Shown piece by piece: positions 36,936 through 50,378 of a stretch of DNA of 64,000 nucleotides. A program made the translations under genes and the position numbers. Below the pieces are notes generated by a model. That model saw only the letters and a program-made list of their open reading frames with translations. It was not told the origin of the DNA and searched no databases. The stretch's first letter is position 1; each line of letters begins with the position of its first letter. The stretch is from assembly GCA_013239625.1 (NCBI GenBank), contig MU054187.1, positions 1 to 64,000 of the forward strand. The letters are read 5' to 3'. The stretch comes from Lama guanicoe (Eukaryota).

Positions 36936-37076
36936 TTCTGTTGAGAACTAACTTACCATGATCCTATTTAGGATTAACCTATCATATTCCTATCAAGAAC
37001 TAATCTATCGAAAATCTGCCATGTTCTTATTGAGAACTAATCCACTATATGCCTGTTGAGAACTAATTTACCATGT
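36936..37076. repeat. Degenerate minisatellite, unit about 25-26 bp, about 5-6 copies
   Basis: Recurrent CTGTTGAGAACTAA(C/T)TTACCATG-like units. Confidence 0.7.
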
Positions 37077-37929
37077 TTTTATGATGGTAGCCAGAGGAAA
37101 ACAAATATTTGATGGTGAAAAATTACCCACCATACTTTAGGTGAAGTTAACTTTTCATTTTTCTTAATAATTTCCACATTTTTTCTCATTTGTCTGAAGA
37201 TCAGTAGATCTAGTACTGAGGCCTGTGAAAATGGATGTTTATTTAAACAACTGACAAAATAAAGATACTCTTTGCCATTTTTAGGACTTAGATGAAATAA
37301 ACAATCCATTGTTTTTATTTAAAACAATTAAAAAAGTTGAAGTCCAGTAGCTCTTGAGCATAATAACATAACTATTTATGTTCTTCTACTGCTGCTTTAA
37401 TTTTTATCCATGAGTAAATGTAGTCTTTGCATAATTATAATCTAGTTGTAGTATAATTCTGTGGGGTTTTTCTAGTTTTTCATGTTTATCGTTTTTAGTG
37501 ATAATTTTATATTATGTTTTCTTTCTTTACCTTCCAATTGGATAAACGGTTTCTAACACAAAGGAGATCATGGGGCTTGATCTGTGAATACATATGTTTG
37601 TGGCATTGTCCCATACGGCTGGAAGTTCTGAAGGGAAGATATAACCACGTATCTCAAGGAAGTTCAGTTTTTGACCTCTTGTAAAACATGTATTTTACAA
37701 GAGTAAAGCATTGTTTATATAACCATTGTTCTCTTATTAGAATTAGAAAATTGTTTATAATATCTGTTTTTTCACCTAGAGTGTAAGTTTCATAACAATG
37801 GGGAATTTATCCTTTTTCATTCAGTGCTTTGTTCCCAGCCTCAAGTACAGTGTACTTGATAAATACTTGCTGATTATTAAATATTCGTTGGATTGGATTA
37901 ACCTTTTTTTGCTGTTATTAAAAATGTCT

Positions 37930-38003
37930 GTATATACGTGTGTGTGTATACATATATATATTAATATATATGTTAATATATATATATAAAAATATATATA
38001 TAT
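37930..38003. repeat. (TG)n/(TA)n microsatellite
   Basis: GTATATACGTGTGTGTGTATACATATATATA...ATATATATATAT. Confidence 0.85.
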
Positions 38004-38119
38004 TAGAGTTGTAGAAAAATTGACTAAAGAAAGCATTAGGAAGAATAGTCCATGAGATTGAAACGCATTCCAGAGAAGGGAACTTGAGGTCCAAGGCAAA
38101 GATAAATAGATACTAACCA

Positions 38120-38705
38120 GTTACACATCTTTGGGAAAGAATTTGGAATTTTCTGAGGGATAGTATCTTTTTTTTTCTTATGCTTATGAGGTAGGCCTCT
38201 AGATAGCTTCAGGTTGGAGGCTATTCACCAGGAGAACCACACATGGAAAGGATTGAGGCTTTCAGTTGCCCAACCTTTAGCGAGGCCAGTGATTTAATTA
38301 ATCATTCTTAAGTAATAAAATTCCAGAAAACTTCTGGACATTGAAGCTCAGTGGCTTTTCCTGGTTAGTGAATATATTCATGTGCTTGGAGGGTGATAGG
38401 TCCTGTTTCCACAAGGGGAGTGTATGGATACTGTGCATCTGGGACCCTCCCAGACTTCACCCTTTACATATCCTTTGTAATAAAACTAAGATTCTTAGTG
38501 TCACTTTCCCTGAGCTCTATAAGTTGTTGTAATGAGTTATCTCACATGCAGGAACCCCTGAATTTGTAACCAGTCAGGCTGGTGATGCCTGGAAGTTGTG
38601 GCTACCGTCAGAAGGAGGCCAGTCTTGTGGAGGACTAGCCCTTAATGTGTGGGGTCTGGGCTGTCTTGAATAGTTCATGTCAGGACTGAATTGCAGTACA
38701 CTGCA
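38120..38705 (+). mobile_element. MER21-like ERVL LTR
   Basis: GATAGCTTCAGG..GGCCAGTGATTTAATTAATCAT..GGGACCCTCCCAGAC..TATCCTTTGTAATAAA..GGAACCCCTGAATTTGTA. Confidence 0.7.
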
Positions 38706-41680
38706 TTAGAATAGTGAAATTGAAACAGTGTGCTGATATACAGCTCTTCCTTGACGTTGAGAATACCATTTCATTCAATTCTCACTGCAAAGCTGTGAGG
38801 TAGTGCAGTGTTCTCTTTCCAGCTGTAAGATTTATGTTCTTAAAGGTGTCTCAAGGAGGAGAATTTTTACTTATCTTAAAACCAAAGGGAGAAATAATAC
38901 TGGCATGACTTTGGTTGCAATTTAGGGCTTTTGCGATATATAGACATAAATGTTTTTTGTTTATTTTAAAAAACTTTGAAACTAAATAAAACATTTCATG
39001 CATTTAAATTAGTAATAATGTATTATATAATCCTAAATTCTTTAACTATTTACTATTCCATTTTCAAAACTTTCTCAGTTAAAAAAATGTTGTACCTGAT
39101 TGCAGGTAATTTTTATGCAAAGCAAAATCTTATTTTTCTACAAGTGAATCTTCATCCCTAGTTTGTTTTTGTTTAACTTTTAAATTATTGATACTGCCTT
39201 CCTGGGTCCTACAGCCTCGAGTCTCTAGTAACTTTTGTCCCTCATATACCCAATTTAAACCTGTGTGCTCCCAGGAAGGTTTTCCAAGTTCCTTTCTAAA
39301 GCTGTATTGCCACTCATGGTAACTTCTGTCACAGCATACAGAAAGTATCAGTATTGTCTCACCTGTTTATCAGTGTTTCCTGCATGAATCTCTTATTCTC
39401 CAGTTTCTAGCCACCCCTTTCTACCCTGCCTGCTACCATGCCACAAATGACATGAGAACATGCTTCTTACAGGGAGCTGTGCGTTGCTATAGCATCTTCT
39501 GTCCTTTCCACATAGTGCTACCAGTATGTTTTTTTGTACTCTGCCTTCTGTTTTATCTCTTTCCCCTCCATTTTTCACCCTCCATTCCTATTACTAATGA
39601 TCCTGGAAAGGATATTTTATATGAAATTTTATATTTAGGGAAATTGTTACAGAAGTTTGTATTAAAATTTAGCATAAGGAGGGAGGTTTTGCTTAGTTTT
39701 GGAGATGTTTCTTTTTGTTAATTTGAATCGTATGAATCTTAGAGAAGTGAAAGTGCAAGGGCTTAGGATTGAGAAGTTGAGGAGTTGTCTGGACCGAGAG
39801 GAGGTGTGTGCAGGGTTAGAAACAGACTGACCAGCTGCCAGCTCAGGGCTGTTTCTTTGGCCTCACTGCTTTCCTCTCTGTAGAGTTTCTGCCATGTGTT
39901 ATCTCATTATGATGGGAACACAAGTTAGATTTTCTTCCTCGTATTTCAGATTTGTCCTCTGTTGTGCTTTGAAATAAGTCCGCATTTTATCATTTTAAGA
40001 TAACTTTTGGCATACATTGTAAACTCCGTTTCTTAATACCTGTCTTATGCCCACTGGTATTTCATTATTTACTTACCTTTAGTGCAGATATCTATCTTCA
40101 TTGCCTTTCCTTTCAACAATCAGGCTATACTGTACTAACAGTCTAATTGTGGGCATGATCTCCGCATGTGCTTGAAACCTGATTGGTTACATTTTTGAAG
40201 AGATATTTCAAAATGTACAGGTAATGTGATATAATGGGGAGACTACGTTAATGTAAAGGTAGCATTAGTTTTAGCTAGTGTTGGCTTATAAAAATGCCAA
40301 TGCAGTGTTATCTAAACTGCTGATTCTCTGTGGTAAAGTAAGAATTTAGATTCGTATGTGTGGTTTTTTGATTTGTAAAATATACCTGGTACTACACACC
40401 TGTAAGAAAGACCAAAAAACCAATGAAACCCCCAAGACTTGACAACATTGAGTTCTAGTCGGAATGAGGAGTGACTGGAGTGCTCAGACATTGCTTTTAG
40501 GGATACAAAATTGTACGGCTACTTTGAAAGCAGTCTGGCAGTTTCTCATAAAATTAAGGATATGTTAGTGAGTGATGTCAGCTTCGTGGCCTTGTAAGTC
40601 GTTCCTCCTTTCTCTCATCTTTAACGAGGAATTGAACATACATTTGTGAACAAAAGTGCTTCTAGCACCCTCTGCCAAGGGACCTGGGAGGTTTCTAGCC
40701 CCCTTAAGTATCCAAAAAATAAACAAAACCTTGGTAAGGGCCATGGATCCAGGAGATTTGGCAAGCTTGCACCACCATCACTTGTGCAGTTGGGGAAAAA
40801 CTTGTAGAGTGCAGACCTGGATAGGAGAGAAAGAATTTATAGAAGTCCTGGCTGCTTGTGGAGACATTCAAGCATGGCATTAGAGTGGTATAGATACAAG
40901 TGGATGCAGAGAGGTAGGGACTCTCTCTCCCCAAGATGACACTGCATGGGGTAAGCTGTCAGGCCATGGCAATGGTCACCTCTCCCCTGAAGGAGGTGGA
41001 AAATGATGAGTGAGTACCTGGCTATCATAGCTCTGTGTATCATGGCTGGAGAAACCCATTTCTGTACACCAGCACCCTGATTTCTGAGGCGGGACCCCCA
41101 TGCCTGGAAGGAGGGAGAAGAAAAGAAAGGAAGAGATTAGAATATTACAGGGCATTAAAGGCGCTCAGTTCCTATTGTTTGCTGAAAGAATTCTGCCCAC
41201 AAACTTCTGTTAGTACTCCAATCAGGGATCTCCCCTCCAGGCCCTTGGGCACCCCCAAAGCCCCAAGTACTAAACTCATACCTCCCCACACTGTGCAGTT
41301 GGCTCTTGAGTGTGGCAGTGAGAGCAAGTCTTAGAAAAATGGACCAGGGTATATGAACAAGGGAGAAACCACCACCTGGAGCTATAGCACTGCTGTCTAG
41401 AAAAGAAAAGAGGTTTCCTGCAGCCAGTCTGGTGAGTTCTAAGAACAAGAGAAAACACAAAGTTATGAATTCTGCCACAAGAGGGAGCAAGAAGAGTGGA
41501 ACAGGTCTGTCATTGGTAAACTAGGAAACCCCATAGAAGCAGCACCAAGGAACAGTACCCCATCTGAAGATAACCAGTAAAGATACTTCAGATGCAAAAG
41601 TAGTAGCAAAAAAATACAAGGAACTAAAAAAAAAAAATCAGGAAAATATTCCATCACCTAAAGATACCAGTAATTCTCCA

Positions 41681-42012
41681 GCAATTCAAAAAAGACCCAG
41701 AATTGCCAAAGCATTATTGAAGAAAAAGAACGAAGCTGGAGGAATAACCTTCCCAGACTTCAGATAATATTACAGAGCTACAGTAATCAAAACAGCATAG
41801 TATTGGTACAAAAACAGACGTATGAATCAATGGAACAGAATAGAGAGCCTAGGAATAAGTCTACAGACCTGTGGTCAATTAATCTTTGACAAAGGAGGCA
41901 AGAATATTCAGTGGAGAAAAGACAGTCTCTTCAACAAGTGGTGTTGGGAAAACTGGGTAGCAGCATGTAAATCAGTGAAGTTAGAACACTCCCACACTCC
42001 ATACACGAAAAA
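41681..42012 (+). mobile_element. Internal ORF2 fragment of a younger L1 inserted in the host L1 ORF1
   Basis: Translates to [35 protein letters not shown]; flanked by TAATTCTCCA at 41671-41680 and 42013-42022. Confidence 0.82.
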
Positions 42013-45000
42013 TAATTCTCCAAAAACTTAGCTCAAAAACACAGAATATTGTGGCCCAGCTGATAAGGAATTAAAAAGAAACTCAACAAGCTACAAGAGT
42101 ACTCAGAAAGGTAGTTCAGTGATATCAGGAAAAAGATACATGAACAAAATTGAACTCTTTACAGAAGAGAAGCCACAAAAAAGAACCAGAAAGAAATTCT
42201 GGAGGTGAAGAATTCAATGAGCGAGATGAAGAATACAGTAGAGAGCATCTGTAGTACAGTAGAGCAGATGGATGATCAAATAAGAGAATTTGCTAGTAGT
42301 ACTACAGTTAGAACAGAACAAAGAGCAATAAAAATGAGTGAAGAAAGCCTTTGTGATCTAAAGGGCGAACATTCATACACCTGGAATTCAAGGATTCCAG
42401 AAGAAGTGAAAAAAGGGGAAGAAAATTTAGTTAAATAAATAATAGTTGAAAACTTCCCACGCCTGGGGCAAGACTTGGACATCCAATTAAGAAGCTAATA
42501 GGTCACCCTATTATCTCAGTATCAAAAGACCTTTTCTAAGACATATCATAATGAAATTATTAAAAAATCAAAGATAAAGAAAGAACACTAAAGGCAGCCA
42601 GAGACTGTAACTTACAAAGGAACCCCTTTTAAGCTATCAGCACTTATCTCAGCAGAAACCCTACAGGCAGGAGAGAGTGGAATAACTTATTCGAAGTGCT
42701 GAAAGATAAAAAAAAAATAGCAACCAACAATATTCTATCTGGCAAAGCTACTCTTTAGATATGAAGGAGAAATGAAAACTTTCCCAGACAAACAAAGACT
42801 AAGAGAGTTCATCACTACAGAACTGCCTTGGAAGAAATGCTGAGAGGAGTTCTTCAAGCAGAATTGAAAAGATGCTAATCAACAATATAAAAACAACACA
42901 AAAGTATACAACACACTGGTAAAGGTAAAAAATATAGTTAGGTTTGGAAAACTCCAATTCTGTAATAGAATGATGTATTAGCTAAGGCTAAAGGAAAAGA
43001 GTATTAAAAATAACTACAGCTACTATAATTTGTTAATGAATATACAGCATTAAGAGAGATAAATTGTGACATCAAAGATACAGAAGGCAAGGAGTAAAAG
43101 GGTAAGAGCCTTTATAGCTGAGTGAAGATAAATTATCAGCATAAAATATATTGTTTTCTCTATGAGATGTTTTATATAAGCTCCATGATAACCACAAAGC
43201 ACAAATGTAGAGTAGATGCATGAAACATTAAAAAAGGGGGGTAGACAGAGCATGCCACTTTGGAAAAACCACAGACTTACAAAGATACATAGAAACAGAG
43301 GGAAAAAGAAATAATGGAAATAGAAAACATTCAGAAGGCAAACAATAAGATGGCAGTAGTAAATCTTCACATAGCATTAATTACTATGATTGTAAATGAA
43401 TTCACCAGCCAAAAGGCACAGAGTGGCTGGATGGGTTAAAAAAAAAACAAGACCCAACTATCTGCAAGAGATTCATTTCGCTCTAAAGACGTGTAGGCTC
43501 AAAGTAAAGGAATGGAAGAAGATATGTCATGTATGTGAAAATCCGAAGAAAGCAGAGTAGCCTTAAGTATATCAGACAAAATACACTTTAAGCCAAAAAA
43601 GAGAACAAGAGATGAAGGTTATCATATCATGATAAAGGGGTCAGTATATCAAGTTGACAGAACAATTGTAAATATAACACTTTCAACATTGGAGCACCTA
43701 AATATATTAGGCAGATACTAACAGATCTGAAGAGAGAAACCAATACAAATGCAATAACAATATGGGACTTCAACACCCCATTTTTAACAGGGAATAAGTC
43801 TTCCAGGTAGAAAATCAACAGGGAGATGTTGGAATTGAGCCATTCTTTAGACCAAATGGATTTAACAGATATGTATGGAATATTTCATTCAACAGTAGCA
43901 GAATATGCATTCTTCTCAAGTATACTTGGAATTCTCTAGAATAGCTCATAAGATAGGACACAAACACCAGTCTTAGCAAATTTATGAAAATTGAAATCAT
44001 ACCAACTATATTTTCTGACCACAGTGGAATGAAACTAGAAATCAACAACAAGAGGAAGGTTGGAAAATCTACAATAATATGGAAACCAAACAACACACTT
44101 GTGAACAACCAGTGAGTCAAAGAAGAAATCAAACGGGAAATAAAAATTACCTTGAAACAAATGAAAATGGAAACACAACAACCAAAACCTATAGGATCCT
44201 ACAAAAGCAATTCTGAGAGGAAAGTTTATAGTGATAAATGAATGTATCTCAAATAACCTAACTTTGTGCCTCAAAGAACTAGAAGAAGAACAAATTAAGC
44301 CCAAGTTATCAGAAGGAAAGAAACAATAAAGATCATAGCAGAGATAAATGAAATAGAGACCAGAAAAAAAAATAGAAAGGATCAATAAAACTGAGAACTG
44401 GTTTCTTGAAAAAATAAAATTGACAGACCGTTAGCTAGGGTATCTATGAATAAAGAAGACTGAAATAAATAAAATTAGAAGTGAAAGAGGAGCCCTTGCA
44501 GCTGATACTACAGAAATACATAGAATCATAAGAGACTGCTACAACAATTGTATGCTTTTGTATTATATGACGAAAATTAGATAATCTAGAAGAAATCAAT
44601 AAGTTCTTAGAAACACGAAATGCACCAAGACTAAATAAGGAAGAAATAGACTGAAATCTGAATAGATGGATCACTAGTAAGGAGACTGAATCAATAATCA
44701 GCAACCTCCCAAGACAGAAAACCCCAGGATGAGATGGCTTCACTGGTGAATTTTAACAAATATTTAAAGAAGAATTAATGCCAGCCTTTCTCAGACTCTT
44801 CCAAAAAGTTGAAGAGGAGGAAACACTTCCATACTCATTCTGTGAGGCCAGCATTACCCTGATACCAAGTCAGATAAGGACACTGTAAGAAAACTATGGA
44901 CCAATATCACTTCTGAATATAGGTGTAAAAATTCTCAACAAAATATTAGCTAACCAAATTCAAGAATACATTAAAACATGGTATGCCATGACCAAGTGGG

Positions 45001-46982
45001 ATTTATCCCTGGGATGGAAGGGTGGTTCAACATACATAAATCAATAAATGTGATATGCCACATTAATAGAATGAAAGATAATCACATGATCATCTCATTA
45101 GCTACAGAAAAAGCATTTGACAACATACAACATCCTTGCATGATAACAATTCTCAACAGATTGATTATAGAAGGAACATACCTCAACATAATGAAGGCCA
45201 TATACAACAAACCCACAGCTAATTTATAGTTAGTGGTGAAAATTTGAAGGCTTTTTCTCTAAGATCAGAAGAAGACAAAGATGCTCACTCTTACCACTGT
45301 TATTTAATGTAGTAGTGGAAGTCCTAGCTAGAGCAGTTAGACGTGACAAAGAAATAAGATATCCATATTGAAAAGAAGTAAAATTATCATTATTTGCAGA
45401 TGATATGTTTTTGTATATAGAAAATCCCAAAGACAACTGACAAACTATTAGAACTAATCAATGAATTCAGTAAAGCTGCAGGATGTAAAATCGGTAAATA
45501 GAAATCAGTTTCATTTCTATACACTAATAATAAAACATCTGCAAAGGAAATAAAGGAAAGTATCCTATTCATAATAACATCAAAATATCTAGGAATAATA
45601 TAGTATCTAGGAATAAATTCAGCCAAGGAATTGAAAAATCTGTACAACAAAAGTAGTAAGATTATGTTGAAAGAAACTGAAGCAGACACAAATAAATGGA
45701 AAGACATTTCACATTCAAGGATTAGAAGAATTAATATTGTGAAAATATCCATTCTACCTAAAATTATCTATAGATTCAGTGTAATCTCCAATTAAATTCT
45801 AATAGGATTCTTCAAAGAAATTGAAAAAAAATCTAAAATTTGTATGGAACCACAAAAGACTGCAAGTAGTCAAACAGTCATGAGAAAGAACAAAGCCAGA
45901 GGCATAACACTCCAACTATATTGCAAAGCTGTAGTAATTAAAACAAGATGGTATCAGCATAAAAGTAGACATATACCAGTGTAACAGAACAGAGAACCCA
46001 GAAATAAACTCCTGCATATACAGTGAACTAATATTTGACAAGGGAGCCAAGAACATCTAATCGGGAAAGAATAGTCTCTTTCACAAACGGTGTTGGGAAA
46101 AATGGATAACCACGTGCAGAAAAATGAAATTGGACTCCTGTCTTACATGATTCACAAAAATTAACTTGAAATGGATCAAAGACTTCAGTATAAGACCTGA
46201 GTTACAAAACTTGAAGAAAATGTAGGTTAGAAGCTCTTTGACATTGGTCTTGGCAATGATTTTTTTGATATGGCACCAAAGGCATAAATTAGAAAAGCAA
46301 AAGTCAGTGAGTGAAACTACATCAAACTTAAAAGCTTCTGTATAGCAAAAGAAACCACCGACGAACTAGAAAGGCAGCACTACTGAATGGGAGAAAATAT
46401 TTGCAACCCATATACCAGATAAGTAATTAATATCTAAAATATAAAAATAACTCATACAACTCGATAACAAAGAAACAAAAAACAAAAAGTCTGATTAAAA
46501 ATGGGCAGACCAACTAAAGAAGTATTTTCTCAAAGAAAACATTCAAATGACTAAAAGGTGTGTGGAAAGATGCTCATCATCACTAAGCATGGGGAAATGC
46601 AAATCAAATGCCACAATGAGATCGTACCTTACACCTATTAGAATGGCTGTCATCAATAAAACAAAAGATAAGTGTTGGCAAGGATGTAGAGAAAAGGAAC
46701 ACTTGTACGCTGTTTGTAGGAATGGAAATTGGTTCATCTACTATGGAAAACAATCTGAATGTTCCTCAAAAAGTCAAAAATAGATTTACCATTACAATCT
46801 AGCAATTCCCCTTCTGGGTATATACCCAAAGGAAATGAAAACAGTCGACACTGAGATAATTATCTAGAGACAGGTTGCACTTCAGTGTTTATTACAGCAT
46901 TATTCACAGTAGCCAAGATGGGGAAACAGCCTAAGTGAATATCAACAGATGAATGGATAAAGATGTGTTTTATGAATATATG

Positions 46983-47790
46983 TAGGCCTCTCCAAGATGT
47001 TGCGGGTTCAGTTCCAGACCACTGTTACAAAGTGAATTGCAGTAAAGCAAGTCACATGAATTTTTTGGTTTCTCAGTGCGTATAAAAGTTATGTTTATAC
47101 TATACTGTAGTCAGTTAAGTGTGCAATAAATAGCATTATGTCAAAAAAATGTACATACCCTAATTTAAAAATTACTTTATTGCTAAAAAATGCTAACCAT
47201 TTGGTGCCTTCAGCCAGTTGTTGTCCCTTTGCTGGTGGAGAATCTCACCTTGATGTTGATGCTGATGACTGGTCAGGGTAGTGGTTGCTATAAGTTGAGG
47301 TGGCAGTTTCTTAAAGTAAACAATAATTGGTTGACCCTTTTCTAGTGAACGATTTCTCTGTAGTGTGCAATATTGTTTCATAGTATTTTACCCATAGTAG
47401 AACTTCTTTCAAAATTGGAGTCAGTCCTCTCAAACCCTGCTGCTGCTTTGTTACTACATTTATATAATATTCTAAATCCTTTGCTGCCATTTTAACAATT
47501 GATTAAGTTCACTGTCTTATATGGGCAAGGTTCGTGGACCCCAAAACAATTACAAGAGTAACATCAGGGATCACTTATCACAGATCACTACCAAATATAA
47601 TAATGAAAAACTTTGAAATACCGTGAGAATTCTTAAAATGTGACAGAGACACAAAGTGAGCAAATGCTATTGGAAAAATGGCACTGACAGACTTGTTGGA
47701 GGCAGGGTAGCCACAAACCTTCAAATTGTAAAAAATGCAGTATCTGCAAAATGCAATAAAGTGGCATGCAATAAAAACAAGGTATGCTTG
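46983..47790 (-). mobile_element. Internally deleted non-autonomous Tigger1 derivative in the L1 3' UTR
   Basis: Both Tigger1 ends present (GATGTTGCGGGTTCAGTTCCAGACCAC; AATAAAAACAAGGTATGCTTG). It aligns to the two ends of the 14585-17154 copy, with a junction near 47500. Confidence 0.85.
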
Positions 47791-48339
47791 TTCAGTGGGT
47801 TGTTACTCAGCCAGGGAAGAGGAGGACATTCTGCCATTTGTGACAACATGGATAAACACTGAGGACATTTTGTTAAGTGAGATGTCAGGCTGAGAAAGAC
47901 ATGGTCACTTACATGTGAAATCTAACAAAATCAAATTGGTAAAAACAGAGAGTGAGATAGTGGCTAACCAGAAGCTGGACTAGGGGCTGGAGACACAGGA
48001 CAAATGTCGTGTAAGAGCACAAACTTGGCAACTAGTTGACAAATATGTCCTGGAGATCAAATGTATAAATGTAGTGAGTATAGACAACAGTATTGTATCA
48101 TAATCATCAGTCTTGCTAGGAGACTAGATCTTGTTTTCACCACACACACAAAAAATAATAGGTAATATGGTAGAAGTGCTGACTTGCTGCAATGGTAGTC
48201 ATATTACAAAGTATAAATGTTTCAAATCAACATGTGTAAATTTTTATATTATATGTCAAATATGTTTCAACTAAATGAATAAATACATACATACACACAC
48301 GTAGACACACACACAGAGACACACACATACATATTTAGG

Positions 48340-50378
48340 GTTATACTAAGCTCAATTCTCAGTACTTATCTAGGTGAACTGAAAACGTATTTTCACAAAA
48401 ACTTGAACATGGAAGTTAACAGCAGCTTTGCTCATATCCTTTCTAAACTGGAATTAACCCAGATGTCCTTCAGCAGGTAAATGGATGCATCCACACAGTG
48501 GAACACTCTCAGTAATGAAAAGAAACTATTGATCTATGCAGCCACGTGTGTGAATCTTCAATGCATTTTGCCAAGTGAAAGAAGTCAGAACCAAGTATAT
48601 AATACAGTACTGTCAGGATGGAAAACAGATCAGTGGTTGACAACATTGAGCTAAGGGACTGACTACAAAGGAGAGAGATAAGTTCTCAAGGTGAGGAGCT
48701 GTCCGTCACGTACTGTGGCAATGCATGTACAAGTCCATGCTTGTCACAACCTACAGACATTTACATAAATCAGTTAAGTCAGGTTGTGAGGGGAACCCAG
48801 GAGGGAATACAGACTGTGGTGGATGATATAACTTCACTCAAGGGTTTGAGGAAGAGGGAGCTGACTTAAGTAACTTTAGCTAAATACTGTAATGCTAAAA
48901 ACAAACAAACAAAACTGTAGATACACATTGTATTCTAGTTGATGGTTGTTTCTCACAGCTGCATGACTTAGCAATTTTGAAAATACTTTGCTTGTGTACT
49001 CTGGTTGATCACATAAGTAAATTTATCTTCTATTGTAGATACTAAGAGCTGAGGAGAATGAAGGTACAAATAAGCAATGGGAAATGCTAAAATCAACTTC
49101 ATGGTGTAGTATTGGAGTTCAGTCTATCAGTATGAACTTACATCTTTCTTTAAGAAAAGAAAAAAATATATATATATAGATACACACATATATACACATA
49201 TATACACACGTAGATAGGTTCAAGAAAGAAATACAGAAATGTGTGTGTGTGTGTGTGTAATTTTCTATCTCTGTCCACTGAGGGGGCCTAGAAGTGGTGA
49301 ACAACAAGTAAAGCTAGCAGCCCTGGTCATGGTTTTCAGTGCCACGCTGCAATAAAGGGAATCAGCGCTCTTTAGAAAAGCAGTTTAATCTGTGACCAGG
49401 GCAGAGAAAATAAAAGATGAGCGTGGAGCATCTTTTGTTGTCAGAGAATAAGAAAGTATTTAGGTATTCGAAAAAGGTATTGGGAGAAATGTCCAAAAGA
49501 CATATTTAATATTTGGCCAAAGCTGAAACAACAGTTGGGGCAGTGAGATAAAGACTGATAATATTGAATTATAACCCAAAGAATAAAATAAATATCCAAG
49601 AGTCCATACTGCTATAGATACCTGGTTGAATAAGTAAATATAAACAAACAGAAGACATAGAACAACTTAGAGTTTCAGTAAATGTCAATGGAATGAGGGA
49701 AACAGGAAACGATCTTTAGGCCAGAACAGTAATAACTGCTGAAGGCAAGATCCATTAGTGAATGTTAAAATCAATGGCAAAACTTAAGGAGAAATAGGAT
49801 ATATTTGTATCACTTTAAAGTACCCCCCCCCAATATTTAGTAATTACAGAGCAAAGAATAGTAACTTCACCTGATGAACTCTGGCAGGCACCCTTTTAAC
49901 CAGGTGATCAATGTTAATAAGACATTGATATTATGTATTCTCTGATGTGATGAACTGAGGATACACCACCGCAATGTTCCTGACCTCAGTCTACTCATGA
50001 GAAAATATTTCGGAAATCCGTATTGAGGGACATTCTACAAAATATCTGAATGATACTTTGCAAAGGTGCCAAGTTTGAAAGATGAGTGAAGAAAGAAGAG
50101 CCATCACACATGGGAGGAAAATTGGAATACATGGCAGTTAAATGCCATGTGTGATCCTGGATTGGATCCTGAAACAGAAAGACTGGAGAAATACTGATTA
50201 AAGCCTTTAGTTTAAATAACAATATTGTACCAGCGTTAATTTTTATTTTCCTGACTATAACATGGTTATATAAAATGTTAACATTAGGGGAAGCTGGGTG
50301 AAGACTATATAGAAAACTGTACTATCTTTGTAACTCTTTTTTATGTCTAAAATTTTATCAAAACAAAGTTTTAAAAAA
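48340..50378 (+). mobile_element. L1MC/MD-like long 3' UTR (host of the near full-length L1), with internal microsatellites at about 49165-49258
   Basis: CCAGATGTCCTTCA..TGAGGGACATTCTACAAAATA..TCCTGGATTGGATCCTG..TGTTAACATTAGGGGAAGCTGGGTGAAG. Confidence 0.75.

Larger units (their letters stand above)
40570..48285 (+). mobile_element. Near full-length, inactivated L1 (L1MA-like): 5' UTR, ORF1 (about 41590-42860), ORF2 (from about 43350), 3' UTR
   Basis: Colinear ORF1 remnants; EN-domain start ATGGCAGTAGTA at 43350; RT motifs [23 protein letters not shown] and LFADDM (45390-45407); many stops and frameshifts. It splits an older L1 3' end (40400-40570, resuming about 48340). Confidence 0.9.

Noticed and set aside
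36936..37076. CRISPR-like array
   Set aside because: Eukaryotic intron, degenerate contiguous units, no unique spacers and no cas genes.
39095..39112. Second AG|GT recursive-site candidate (TTGCAG|GTAATT)
   Set aside because: No polypyrimidine tract directly upstream; the preceding sequence is A-rich.
43350..46960. Active L1 ORF2
   Set aside because: Numerous stops and frameshifts; the longest sense fragments are under 100 aa.
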